16,841 nucleotides of DNA from Candidatus Scalinduaceae bacterium. Its GTDB lineage: Bacteria > Planctomycetota > Brocadiia > Brocadiales > Scalinduaceae. The notes below the pieces were generated by a model. That model did no database searches, had not been told where the DNA came from, and saw nothing but the letters and a program-made list of their open reading frames with translations. The stretch is taken from assembly GCA_046759445.1 (NCBI GenBank), contig JBHICG010000071.1, forward strand, positions 1-16,841. Direction: 5' to 3'. The position numbers and the translations under genes were made by a program. Positions 1 to 7,668 of the stretch are shown here, piece by piece (within the stretch, counting starts at the first letter, position 1; the number at the start of each line of letters is the position of its first letter).

Positions 1-95
1 ACGATAAAGGCAAACCCTGAGTAATCTGGGGACGCAAAGTAAAGGGTCTTTAAAAAACTCAAGAAGTTTAAAAGATAGCCTTGCTGCCGAAGATT
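1..95 (+). ncRNA. c-di-GMP-I (GEMM) riboswitch aptamer; the 5' strand of P1 may extend upstream of the window
   Basis: Hallmark order GGCAAACC(9-16), P2 hairpin CCCTGA-GTAA(GNRA)-TCTGGG, GACGCAAAG, P3 GGGTCTTT...AAAGATAGCC, then TGCCGA; lies in the 5' UTR of the CDS starting at 162. Confidence 0.93.
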
Positions 96-134
96 TTTCA
101 AAAGAATATCTTTGCAGCAAGGCTTTTTTATTTT
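77..134 (+). terminator. Intrinsic terminator forming the riboswitch expression platform
   Basis: AGCCTTGCTGC (77-87) is the exact reverse complement of GCAGCAAGGCT (114-124), extended by AAGAT/ATCTT, followed by TTTTTATTTT. The left arm is the aptamer's own 3' strand. Confidence 0.9.
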
Positions 135-161
135 GTAGATTTTTGTAAGAGAGGTACACAA

Positions 162-584
162 ATGAAGTTTAGTTTATTGAGAAAAAAGATTTCCTTATTT
201 ATTTTAAGGAGTACGTTAAACATATTTGTTGTTGGAATATTCATGTTTATGTCAAATTTACTTTCTGTTACTGATTTAAATGCTGGGGTTTTTAAAACAA
301 CCGCTTACTGTTCATGTGAAAAATGTTGTGACAAAGCCACTTCAGACAGATGGTATGGTGTTACGGCAACAGGAACCAAAGCAAGGTGGGGAACTGTGGC
401 CGTGGATAAGAAGGTGATAAGGATAGGAAGCAAACTGAGGATAGAGGGATTTCCTAATACTACTTTCAGGGCTGAGGACGTAGGTGGGGCCATAAAAGGG
501 AATCATATTGATGTATGGTTTCCCAATCACAAGATGGCTCTGAAGTTTGGCGTGCAAAAGAGGATAGTTTACCTTGTTGAATAA
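162..584 (+). CDS. 3D (Asp-Asp-Asp) domain protein with N-terminal membrane anchor/signal, 140 aa
   Basis: TAY...TATG...VAVD...IGSKL...AEDVGGAIKGNHIDVW is the 3D/MltA-like signature. Start moved from TTG 81 (inside the riboswitch) to ATG 162, which follows GAGAGG. Hydrophobic stretch near the N-terminus. Confidence 0.9.
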   Translation: MKFSLLRKKISLFILRSTLNIFVVGIFMFMSNLLSVTDLNAGVFKTTAYCSCEKCCDKATSDRWYGVTATGTKARWGTVAVDKKVIRIGSKLRIEGFPNTTFRAEDVGGAIKGNHIDVWFPNHKMALKFGVQKRIVYLVE

Positions 585-617
585 AGGTTAAGAGTAATAG
601 GGTAATCATTCGCAAAG

Positions 618-1721
618 TCAGTGTAGAACAATTTCTAATTTACTGCCTCTCTTAAGAACTTCTGTACCCATAGCATTCGATAAGGTCTTAATCCTTTCAA
701 AAATTTCATCAAAAATCTCTCCTGTTGCTTTATTTACCTGACATTCTGAGATTAAGACCGGTATAAGCTCAAACCTTTCTATACCGGAAGAACAGGTCGT
801 AATCATATATAAGAGCTGTTGGTCATTTTTCTCGACACCAACATAATAATCATCAATAAAGTCGCCAGTATCATACATGATGGGTTTATGCTTATAGATT
901 TCTATACCCTGAAATATGTGTGCACTGTGGCCGTGGAATATATCTGCTCCAGCATCAATTACTGCATGGGCGAATGTCCTAAAATAGTCTGGAGGAGACT
1001 CTCGCATATTAGGTCCCCAGTGTATGGAGAAAACAACTATGCTAGCGCCTGTGTTGCGAGCAGTTGCTATAGATGATTTTACCCTGTTAAAAATCTTCTC
1101 ATCTGTGGTAATTGGAATGTAATTGGTCCCCGGGCTAGATTCTGTATCGCTAAAGTCTGGTTCATTGCACCGTGGCGGCACGCTGTCAGTAAATGCTACA
1201 ATACCTACCTTAATTCCTTTCGCTTCAATCAATGCAGGCTTTGATGCCTCGTTTATGTCCCTACCCGCGCCAGCATGTGCTATATTATTTCTATCTAAAA
1301 GTTCAATCGTTTCAAATAAGGCCTTTTCTTGAAAATCCATTGTATGATTATTAGCGAGTGTAACGCAGTCAATACCTGCCAAATTCAGCGCGTTAATTAC
1401 CACGGGGTTAGCTCTAAAGAAAAATACTTTGGGTGTTTTGTGCCATCGTTCTCCACTTTTCGCAATTACGCACTCAAGGTTAATGAACGAGAGGTCAGCG
1501 TTTTTTATTATGGATAGATCGTCTCCCCATGGATACTCATAACCTTTTATGTGTATTGTTTGATTTACCAGGTGCCCCAGCATGACGTCGCCCATAAATG
1601 CCATAGTAATACTATTTTTTTCAGACGCATATGTGTTCTCAAAATTGATTTTACAGATAGTCATGATCAAGATAAATCCTAAACATATTAAAATTATTGT
1701 TGTATCCAGCTTGAGCTTCAT
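618..1721 (-). CDS. CapA family protein (PGA_cap, metallophosphoesterase fold)
   Basis: Motifs GDVMLG, NLEC, LANNHTMDF, SIHWG, GHSAH, YDTGDF; N-terminal hydrophobic segment. Confidence 0.92.
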   Translation of the reverse strand: MKLKLDTTIILICLGFILIMTICKINFENTYASEKNSITMAFMGDVMLGHLVNQTIHIKGYEYPWGDDLSIIKNADLSFINLECVIAKSGERWHKTPKVFFFRANPVVINALNLAGIDCVTLANNHTMDFQEKALFETIELLDRNNIAHAGAGRDINEASKPALIEAKGIKVGIVAFTDSVPPRCNEPDFSDTESSPGTNYIPITTDEKIFNRVKSSIATARNTGASIVVFSIHWGPNMRESPPDYFRTFAHAVIDAGADIFHGHSAHIFQGIEIYKHKPIMYDTGDFIDDYYVGVEKNDQQLLYMITTCSSGIERFELIPVLISECQVNKATGEIFDEIFERIKTLSNAMGTEVLKRGSKLEIVLH

Positions 1722-1808
1722 ATATTATTTCGTGTTACTAAAAAAGAAGAATATACAGGTTGCTCCTACAGTATATTTTCACCTATTTTCTAAGAAACTT
1801 CAACGATA

Positions 1809-3488
1809 ATGAATGCGGCATTATTAGCTATTTTTTCTCTCTTTTGCTTTTTCCTGAGTTACTTTTTTTATTCGAGATTTCTGGGAAGAAAGATATACAG
1901 ATTAGATTCTAACATAATAACCCCTGCTCACGAGTTTAAGGATGGCATTGATTATGTTCCTACAAACAAGCATGTGCTCTTTGGTCATCATTTCACATCG
2001 ATAGCAGGTGCAGCGCCTATAGTGGGCCCTGCTATAGCCGTAATATGGGGTTGGTTACCTGCACTGCTTTGGGTAGTTCTGGGTACTATCTTTATTGGAG
2101 CCGTTCATGACTTCGGGTGTCTCGTAATTTCTGCTAAGAATAAGGGCCATTCTATTGGTGATTTAACGGGAAAAATCATTGGTAAAAGGGCACGGGCTTT
2201 ATTCCTTACCATTATCTTTTTCCTTACGTGGATTGTAATAGCTGTCTTTGCCTACGTAATTGCAACATTGTTTTCACAATTCCCGACTACAGTACTTCCC
2301 GTTAACATTCAGATCATAGTAGCAATTACTATAGGCATAATCATTTACAGGACAAGGTTTGGAATCCTCATTCCTTCAATAATTGCGTTACTTGTCTTAT
2401 ATACCTTCATATATCTTGGTTCGTATTTCCCCGTTCATTTGCCAGCCTTTGTTGGCGGGCAAGTTGAGTCGTGGATTATCTTGCTCTTTGTTTATGCATT
2501 TATTGCGTCTGTTCTTCCTGTTTGGCTATTACTCCAGCCCAGAGATTTTATCAATTCGCATCAGCTTTTTGTGGGATTAGGCGTTATGTTTTTGGGTCTC
2601 TTTATCATCCATCCGCCAATGGTTGCTCCTGCGCTTAATCTTGAAGTTGAGGGTGGTTTGCCCTGGTTTCCATTCTTGTTTATTACGATTGCCTGTGGCG
2701 CCATATCAGGCTTTCATGGACTAGTTGGTTCCGGAACGACATCGAAGCAGATTAATAATATTTCCGATGCAAGGATGATTGGCTATGGGGCAATGCTGGG
2801 TGAGGGATCACTTGGGTTGATGTCTGTTCTTGCATCAACGGCAGGGTTTGCAACACTTGCTGCATGGAAAACTCATTATTCAAGCTGGAGCGCAGCAGGG
2901 AGTATGGATGCCAAGATAGGGGCATTCGTTAACGGTGGCGCTTATTTTCTGAAGGAAGGCCTAATGCTTCCTGATGGATTTGGAACTACGCTGATTGCCG
3001 TAATCGTCATAAGCTTTGCGGCAACTACCCTTGATACTTCAACAAGGATTCAGAGATATATTACTACTGAGCTTGGACAAATATATAACATTAAGATTCT
3101 TACAAACAGGTTCGTAGCAGCCGCTATTGCCGCTTTCACGCCCCTTATCCTTGTATTTGGAGGTGAGGGTCTGAGCTGGAAACGTTTATGGCCTATATTT
3201 GGCGCTACGAATCAGATGCTTGCAGGATTGTCACTTCTTGTCTTGAGCGTTTACCTCTTCAGAAAAGGAAGAAAAATAATTTTTACACTGATACCTATGA
3301 TGTTCCTCGTTATTATGACATCGATAGCGATGATACTCAGTTTAAAAGATTTTATACGCTCGGGGAATTGGGTATTAAGCATTTTGTCTCTTTTTCTGCT
3401 TTCATTTTCTATTTGGATTATCCTTGAAGCCTTCAACGTTATTCGAAAGATGCGTAAGATGGATATCCATACAGAAGAGCTGGCTTGA
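1809..3488 (+). CDS. cstA: Carbon starvation protein A family transporter
   Basis: TPAH..DGIDYVPT, FGHHFTSIAGAAPIVGP, GAVHD, IACGAISGFH, TTLDT.TR, WPIFGA.NQ; polytopic membrane protein. Confidence 0.95.
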   Translation: MNAALLAIFSLFCFFLSYFFYSRFLGRKIYRLDSNIITPAHEFKDGIDYVPTNKHVLFGHHFTSIAGAAPIVGPAIAVIWGWLPALLWVVLGTIFIGAVHDFGCLVISAKNKGHSIGDLTGKIIGKRARALFLTIIFFLTWIVIAVFAYVIATLFSQFPTTVLPVNIQIIVAITIGIIIYRTRFGILIPSIIALLVLYTFIYLGSYFPVHLPAFVGGQVESWIILLFVYAFIASVLPVWLLLQPRDFINSHQLFVGLGVMFLGLFIIHPPMVAPALNLEVEGGLPWFPFLFITIACGAISGFHGLVGSGTTSKQINNISDARMIGYGAMLGEGSLGLMSVLASTAGFATLAAWKTHYSSWSAAGSMDAKIGAFVNGGAYFLKEGLMLPDGFGTTLIAVIVISFAATTLDTSTRIQRYITTELGQIYNIKILTNRFVAAAIAAFTPLILVFGGEGLSWKRLWPIFGATNQMLAGLSLLVLSVYLFRKGRKIIFTLIPMMFLVIMTSIAMILSLKDFIRSGNWVLSILSLFLLSFSIWIILEAFNVIRKMRKMDIHTEELA

Positions 3489-3556
3489 GAACGGGCATAT
3501 CTGATGGAGTAGAAAACAAATGAAAAAGTTATTTAAGTTGAAGACCCTTAAATATT

Positions 3557-4036
3557 ATGATGAGACACTCGCTAAAGACGGGGTTTAGTTTTGGCTTGAC
3601 TTCAGGCATAATCACCACACTTGGATTAATTGTTGGTTTACATTCCAGTACCCATTCAAAACTTGCGATTATGGGTGGCATATTGACGATAGCAATAGCA
3701 GATTCATTTTCTGATGCATTAGGTATTCATATTTCTGAAGAATCCGAGAACAAGCACAATACAAGGGAGATTTGGGAATCTACAATCTCCACCTTCGTAA
3801 CTAAATTTATTTTCGCAATGACGTTTATTGTTCCTATTATGTTGCTCCCACTCACAACAGCTATTATTGTAAGCATAATTTGGGGACTATCTCTCTTGGA
3901 AATCTTTAGTTTTTACATTGCTAAAGAGCAGAAAGTAAAAGCATGGATCGTAATCGTAGAACATTTGCTCATTGCATTAGTGGTCATAGCTATAACACAT
4001 TATGTTGGTGTTTGGATTGGCTCAATATTTAGTTGA
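3557..4036 (+). CDS. Short VIT1/CCC1-family membrane protein (putative Fe/Mn transporter)
   Basis: SFGLTSGIITTLGL, IAIADSFSDALGIHISEESE, about five TM segments; lacks the usual long cytoplasmic insert. Confidence 0.75.
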   Translation: MMRHSLKTGFSFGLTSGIITTLGLIVGLHSSTHSKLAIMGGILTIAIADSFSDALGIHISEESENKHNTREIWESTISTFVTKFIFAMTFIVPIMLLPLTTAIIVSIIWGLSLLEIFSFYIAKEQKVKAWIVIVEHLLIALVVIAITHYVGVWIGSIFS

Positions 4037-5010
4037 GAAGGAAAGAAGAGATATCTTTTCTAATAAGAAATGTTACAAAGATTTTAATGGATAGACAAAA
4101 AGCCGTCTGGTTATTATCTGAAAAAGGTATCCTGGGATTAGATGGTGAGCCATTACAAGATGTGCCATTTAGGAACGTTCGAGTATTTGCAGGCGATGTC
4201 AGCAAGGGGAGTGTTGCCGTTATCGTTGATAGACACGAGATATGGACTTTTTCAGAGGATAAATGGACTAAAAATTTATCTACAGAGATAACGTTGAATT
4301 GTATTTACTGGACAGTGGACAATCGTCTGCTTGTCGGAACCGAACACGCTCGTCTGGCATGGGTAAAAGATCATAAACTTGATTTTATAGAAACCTTTGA
4401 CGAAGTGCCGGAACGTAGACTATGGAATACACCCTGGGGCGGACCACCAGATGTGCGCTCTATAGCCGTATCCACAGATGGAACCGTTTACGCAAACGTT
4501 CACGTGGGCTGGATAGTGCGTTCAATGGATGGAGGAAAGACGTGGAAAAACCTTCAGAAAGGTCTGGATAAGGATGTGCATCAAGTAGCCGTGCACCCAC
4601 ATAAACCCGCAACCGTATTTACCGCAACGGCCAATGGCTTTCACATTAGCCATAATCATGGTGATACATTTATTCGACAAGGCAATGGAATGCCTTATTA
4701 CTATCAAAGATCTTGTGCCTGTTTTGTGCAAAAGGATGTTTATCTGGTATCAACGTCACGAGGCCCACACGGGCAGGCAGATGCCTTATTATACCGCAGC
4801 GAGGACGAAGGGCAAAGCTGGTCTTTGGTCAATGGCCTGCCTGAAAACATCAGCAAAAACATAGACACATTCCATATTGCCGTTATTAATAATTCAAAAG
4901 CAATGGTAATAGTTGATGATACACATTTATATGAAAGTAATGACCGGGGTGTAAACTGGCAAGAAGTGGGTCATGGTTATCCAAGATTGTATGGTATACT
5001 GGCTGTTTAA
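4033..5010 (+). CDS. BNR/Asp-box repeat beta-propeller protein; start either TTG 4033 (overlapping the upstream TGA) or ATG 4087
   Basis: Asp-box repeats RSMDGGKTW, ISHNHGDTF, RSEDEGQSW, ESNDRGVNW; no signal peptide. Confidence 0.8.
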   Translation: MRRKEEISFLIRNVTKILMDRQKAVWLLSEKGILGLDGEPLQDVPFRNVRVFAGDVSKGSVAVIVDRHEIWTFSEDKWTKNLSTEITLNCIYWTVDNRLLVGTEHARLAWVKDHKLDFIETFDEVPERRLWNTPWGGPPDVRSIAVSTDGTVYANVHVGWIVRSMDGGKTWKNLQKGLDKDVHQVAVHPHKPATVFTATANGFHISHNHGDTFIRQGNGMPYYYQRSCACFVQKDVYLVSTSRGPHGQADALLYRSEDEGQSWSLVNGLPENISKNIDTFHIAVINNSKAMVIVDDTHLYESNDRGVNWQEVGHGYPRLYGILAV

Positions 5011-5032
5011 GTTAGTATCTGTAGTACTATAT

Positions 5033-5137
5033 TGTCACCCTGAATCCTGTGCTGAACCTGTTTCAGTATCGTTTCAGGGTCTCTGATCCTGAACTTGATT
5101 CAGGATTGATATATATAGATTCTGAAACAAGTTGACA
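5033..5137. repeat. REP-like nested palindromic element bounded by TGTCA...TGACA
   Basis: ACCCTGAA(5037-44)/TTCAGGGT(5073-80) encloses TGCTGAACCTGTTTCAGTA(5050-68); ATCCTGAACTTGATTCAGGAT(5086-5106); inverted half-unit AGATTCTGAAACAAGTT(5117-33). Confidence 0.8.
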
Positions 5138-5204
5138 TTTTCTGGTTATTTAAGCTTTCCACAACTGATACTAATTAATACTTTAATACATTACGGGAGT
5201 AACG

Positions 5205-6020
5205 GTGGATCAATTTTCCTTTCAGCAAATAGATGCGTCCACAATCAGAATGCTGGTTTTCTGTGGGGGGATATTATTTTTTCTTATTATAGAGCTAATT
5301 GTTCCTTATAGGCCAAGTTATGTCTCTAAGGTCAAACGCTGGGTAAATAACATCTTGCTAACTATTTTTAACAGCCTGATACTCCAACTGGTTTTTTCAG
5401 CAACAATTATTGCAACAGTGCATTATGTAACAACCAACAGATTAGGTGTGATGAATCTGGAACAGATGTCGGTTTTGCCGCATTGGGTAATAATAATTAT
5501 AACCATAATATTTCTGGATTTTGTGCTTTATATCTGGCATATCTTAAATCACATAATGCCTTTATTATGGAGATTTCACAGGGTTCATCACAGCGATCTT
5601 AATATGGATGTATCAACGGCAACACGTTTTCACATAGGCGAACTGGCAATTTCAGCCGTTATTAAGATAGCGCTTATTTATTTTATTGGAGCTACTTTAA
5701 AAACAGTAATCATATATGAGAGTGCAATGGTATTCTGTGCCCAGTTTCATCACAGCAGTCTTAAAGTTCCAGGATGGTTTGAGACTATTTTCTGGATATT
5801 GTTTGTGCCTCCTTCTATGCACAGGATTCATCACTCTGTGATCACTAAAGAAATGGACAGTAATTATGGAACTATATTATCGATTTGGGACAGAATTATT
5901 GGCACCCTTATTACGGACGTTGATCAGAATAAAATAAGCATAGGTATTGGGGCATATCAAGACACTACAAAACTGAACTTTCATCATTTACTGGTTATGC
6001 CTTTTACAAAACCTGTTTGA
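5205..6020 (+). CDS. Sterol desaturase / fatty acid hydroxylase superfamily membrane di-iron enzyme
   Basis: His boxes WHILNH, FHRVHH, QFHHS, HRIHH and SNYG..LSIWDR; GTG start after GGGAG. Confidence 0.92.
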   Translation: MDQFSFQQIDASTIRMLVFCGGILFFLIIELIVPYRPSYVSKVKRWVNNILLTIFNSLILQLVFSATIIATVHYVTTNRLGVMNLEQMSVLPHWVIIIITIIFLDFVLYIWHILNHIMPLLWRFHRVHHSDLNMDVSTATRFHIGELAISAVIKIALIYFIGATLKTVIIYESAMVFCAQFHHSSLKVPGWFETIFWILFVPPSMHRIHHSVITKEMDSNYGTILSIWDRIIGTLITDVDQNKISIGIGAYQDTTKLNFHHLLVMPFTKPV

Positions 6021-6042
6021 TGAGCCATAAAAGGAGATAATT

Positions 6043-6876
6043 ATGCGCTGGAAGCAGTTACTGATACCTGCAAAGTCTATGGATGTAAATGAGGCAAGGG
6101 AGTATGTGTCAAAACATAAGGAGGGAACTTATACAATACTTGATGTTAGACAGCCCTGGGAGTATGAAAAGGAGCATATAACCGGTGCAAAGTTGATACC
6201 TCTCCCACAACTTTCAGAAAAAATTGGAGAAATTGATCCAGAAAAGCCCATAATAGTACATTGTGCCGTTGGTGGCAGAAGCCGTGTAGCTGCCCAGCTC
6301 CTCTCAGGGCAGGGCTTTAAAGAGGTATATAATTTAAAAGGCGGTATTATAGCATGGAAGGGTGGAAAGGCGACTGGTCCTGTCGAGTCCGGTATGCATT
6401 ATCTAAAGGGTGATGAATCACCTGAAGATATTATTGTCCTTGCTTATGGTATGGAGGAAGGGCTGAGAAACTTTTATAAATCAATGGCTGAAAAGTTTAA
6501 GGGCAAGGAAACTGCTGATTTGTTAGATAAGCTAGCATCAATTGAAGACGCCCATAAACAGAAGCTTCTAGAAATCTATAAGAATTTGAATACATCTTTT
6601 GAAGACCAGGATACCTTTGAATCAAAAATCCTTTCTCAAGCGATGGAAGGAGGTCTGACTACGGAAGAGTTTATTAATCAGTATCGGCCTGTACTTGAAA
6701 CAATCAGAGGCGTTCTTACAATGGCCGTAATAATGGAAACTCAGGCATTAGACCTCTATATGCGTTATGCAGAAAGAGTGAAGAATGTAAAATCAAGGGA
6801 TATATTGCATGATATAGCAGAAGAAGAAAAGATTCACCTGAAGAAATTAGGAAAGCTATTGGACAAACAGCAGTAG
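6043..6876 (+). CDS. Rhodanese domain fused to a rubrerythrin/ferritin-like di-iron domain
   Basis: N-half LDVRQPWEY..HITGAKLIPL, active loop HCAVGGRS, LKGGIIAW. C-half MEEGLRNFY, IEDAH, METQALDLY, EEKIH (E/ExxH twice). RBS AAGGAG. Confidence 0.88.
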   Translation: MRWKQLLIPAKSMDVNEAREYVSKHKEGTYTILDVRQPWEYEKEHITGAKLIPLPQLSEKIGEIDPEKPIIVHCAVGGRSRVAAQLLSGQGFKEVYNLKGGIIAWKGGKATGPVESGMHYLKGDESPEDIIVLAYGMEEGLRNFYKSMAEKFKGKETADLLDKLASIEDAHKQKLLEIYKNLNTSFEDQDTFESKILSQAMEGGLTTEEFINQYRPVLETIRGVLTMAVIMETQALDLYMRYAERVKNVKSRDILHDIAEEEKIHLKKLGKLLDKQQ

Positions 6877-6958
6877 AATAATACTCAAAAAATGCATTTC
6901 CATCATTATCGATTTCAAGTATTTGATAACTCTAAATTAGAAGTAAGGAGGATATCAG

Positions 6959-7528
6959 ATGATACAATGTCACTCGAAAAGATATTTTGTGTTTATTCTT
7001 ATGTCTGTTTTTTTGTGTATTTGCCTGAACATGATTCAGTCAAAAGTAATAGGAAAGGGGGGTTACGCAATGAAGTTAGAAATTAAAAGTACGTCCTTTG
7101 TAGAAGGTGGAACTATACCAGGAAAATATACCTGTGACGGGCCTGACGTCTCACCACCGCTATCATGGGCACAATCACCGGAGGGAACAAAGAGTTTGGT
7201 TTTAATCTGCGATGACCCTGATGCGCCGATGGGTACATGGGTTCATTGGGTTCTATATGGGTTATCACCAAATACATTAGAGTTGCCTGAAGGTATACCT
7301 GTTGAAGAAGTAGTTCTGGGTGGGGCTAAACAGGGTACCAATGATTTTCGCAGGATTGGTTATGGTGGACCATGCCCTCCGGGAGGTACTCATCGCTATT
7401 ATTTCAAATTATATGCAGTTGATTCAGAACTTGATTTGGATGCTGGTGCAACAAAGGATGAGGTTCTTAAGGCTATTGAGGGGCACGTCCTGGCAGAAGG
7501 ACAGCTCATGGGACGGTATAGTAGATAA
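6959..7528 (+). CDS. YbhB/YbcL family PEBP (Raf kinase inhibitor-like) protein; alternative start ATG 7070
   Basis: YTCDG.DVSPPL.W, DDPDAP..TWVHW, GYGGPCPP, HRYYFKLYA; RBS AAGGAGG before 6959. Confidence 0.93.
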   Translation: MIQCHSKRYFVFILMSVFLCICLNMIQSKVIGKGGYAMKLEIKSTSFVEGGTIPGKYTCDGPDVSPPLSWAQSPEGTKSLVLICDDPDAPMGTWVHWVLYGLSPNTLELPEGIPVEEVVLGGAKQGTNDFRRIGYGGPCPPGGTHRYYFKLYAVDSELDLDAGATKDEVLKAIEGHVLAEGQLMGRYSR

Positions 7529-7668
7529 CATATAATGATATAAGTCTGCATCAAAAAAAAGGCCAGACATAAGTGCGAATAGTAAAAAATGTATATATTT
7601 AGTAAACAAGATAGTTGTTCCATTGTAAATAAAATATAAACCTTGATATGTATGGGTGATTTCTAAAG

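Noticed and set aside
81..161. TTG-started N-terminal extension of the 3D ORF
   Set aside because: It runs through the riboswitch and terminator; ATG 162 has a proper RBS.
5033..5137. CRISPR array or complete IS
   Set aside because: Units are nested and inverted, with no regular unique spacers and no cas or transposase gene.
5132..5156. Sigma70 promoter from the TTGACA at the repeat end
   Set aside because: The nearest -10-like hexamer (TAAGCT) is only 13 nt away.
6043..6876. Encapsulin cargo protein
   Set aside because: No recognisable terminal targeting peptide and no encapsulin gene in the window.
6892..6910. Fur box upstream of the PEBP gene
   Set aside because: Only the half-site ATCATTATC matches (about 11/19 overall), which is not convincing in AT-rich DNA.
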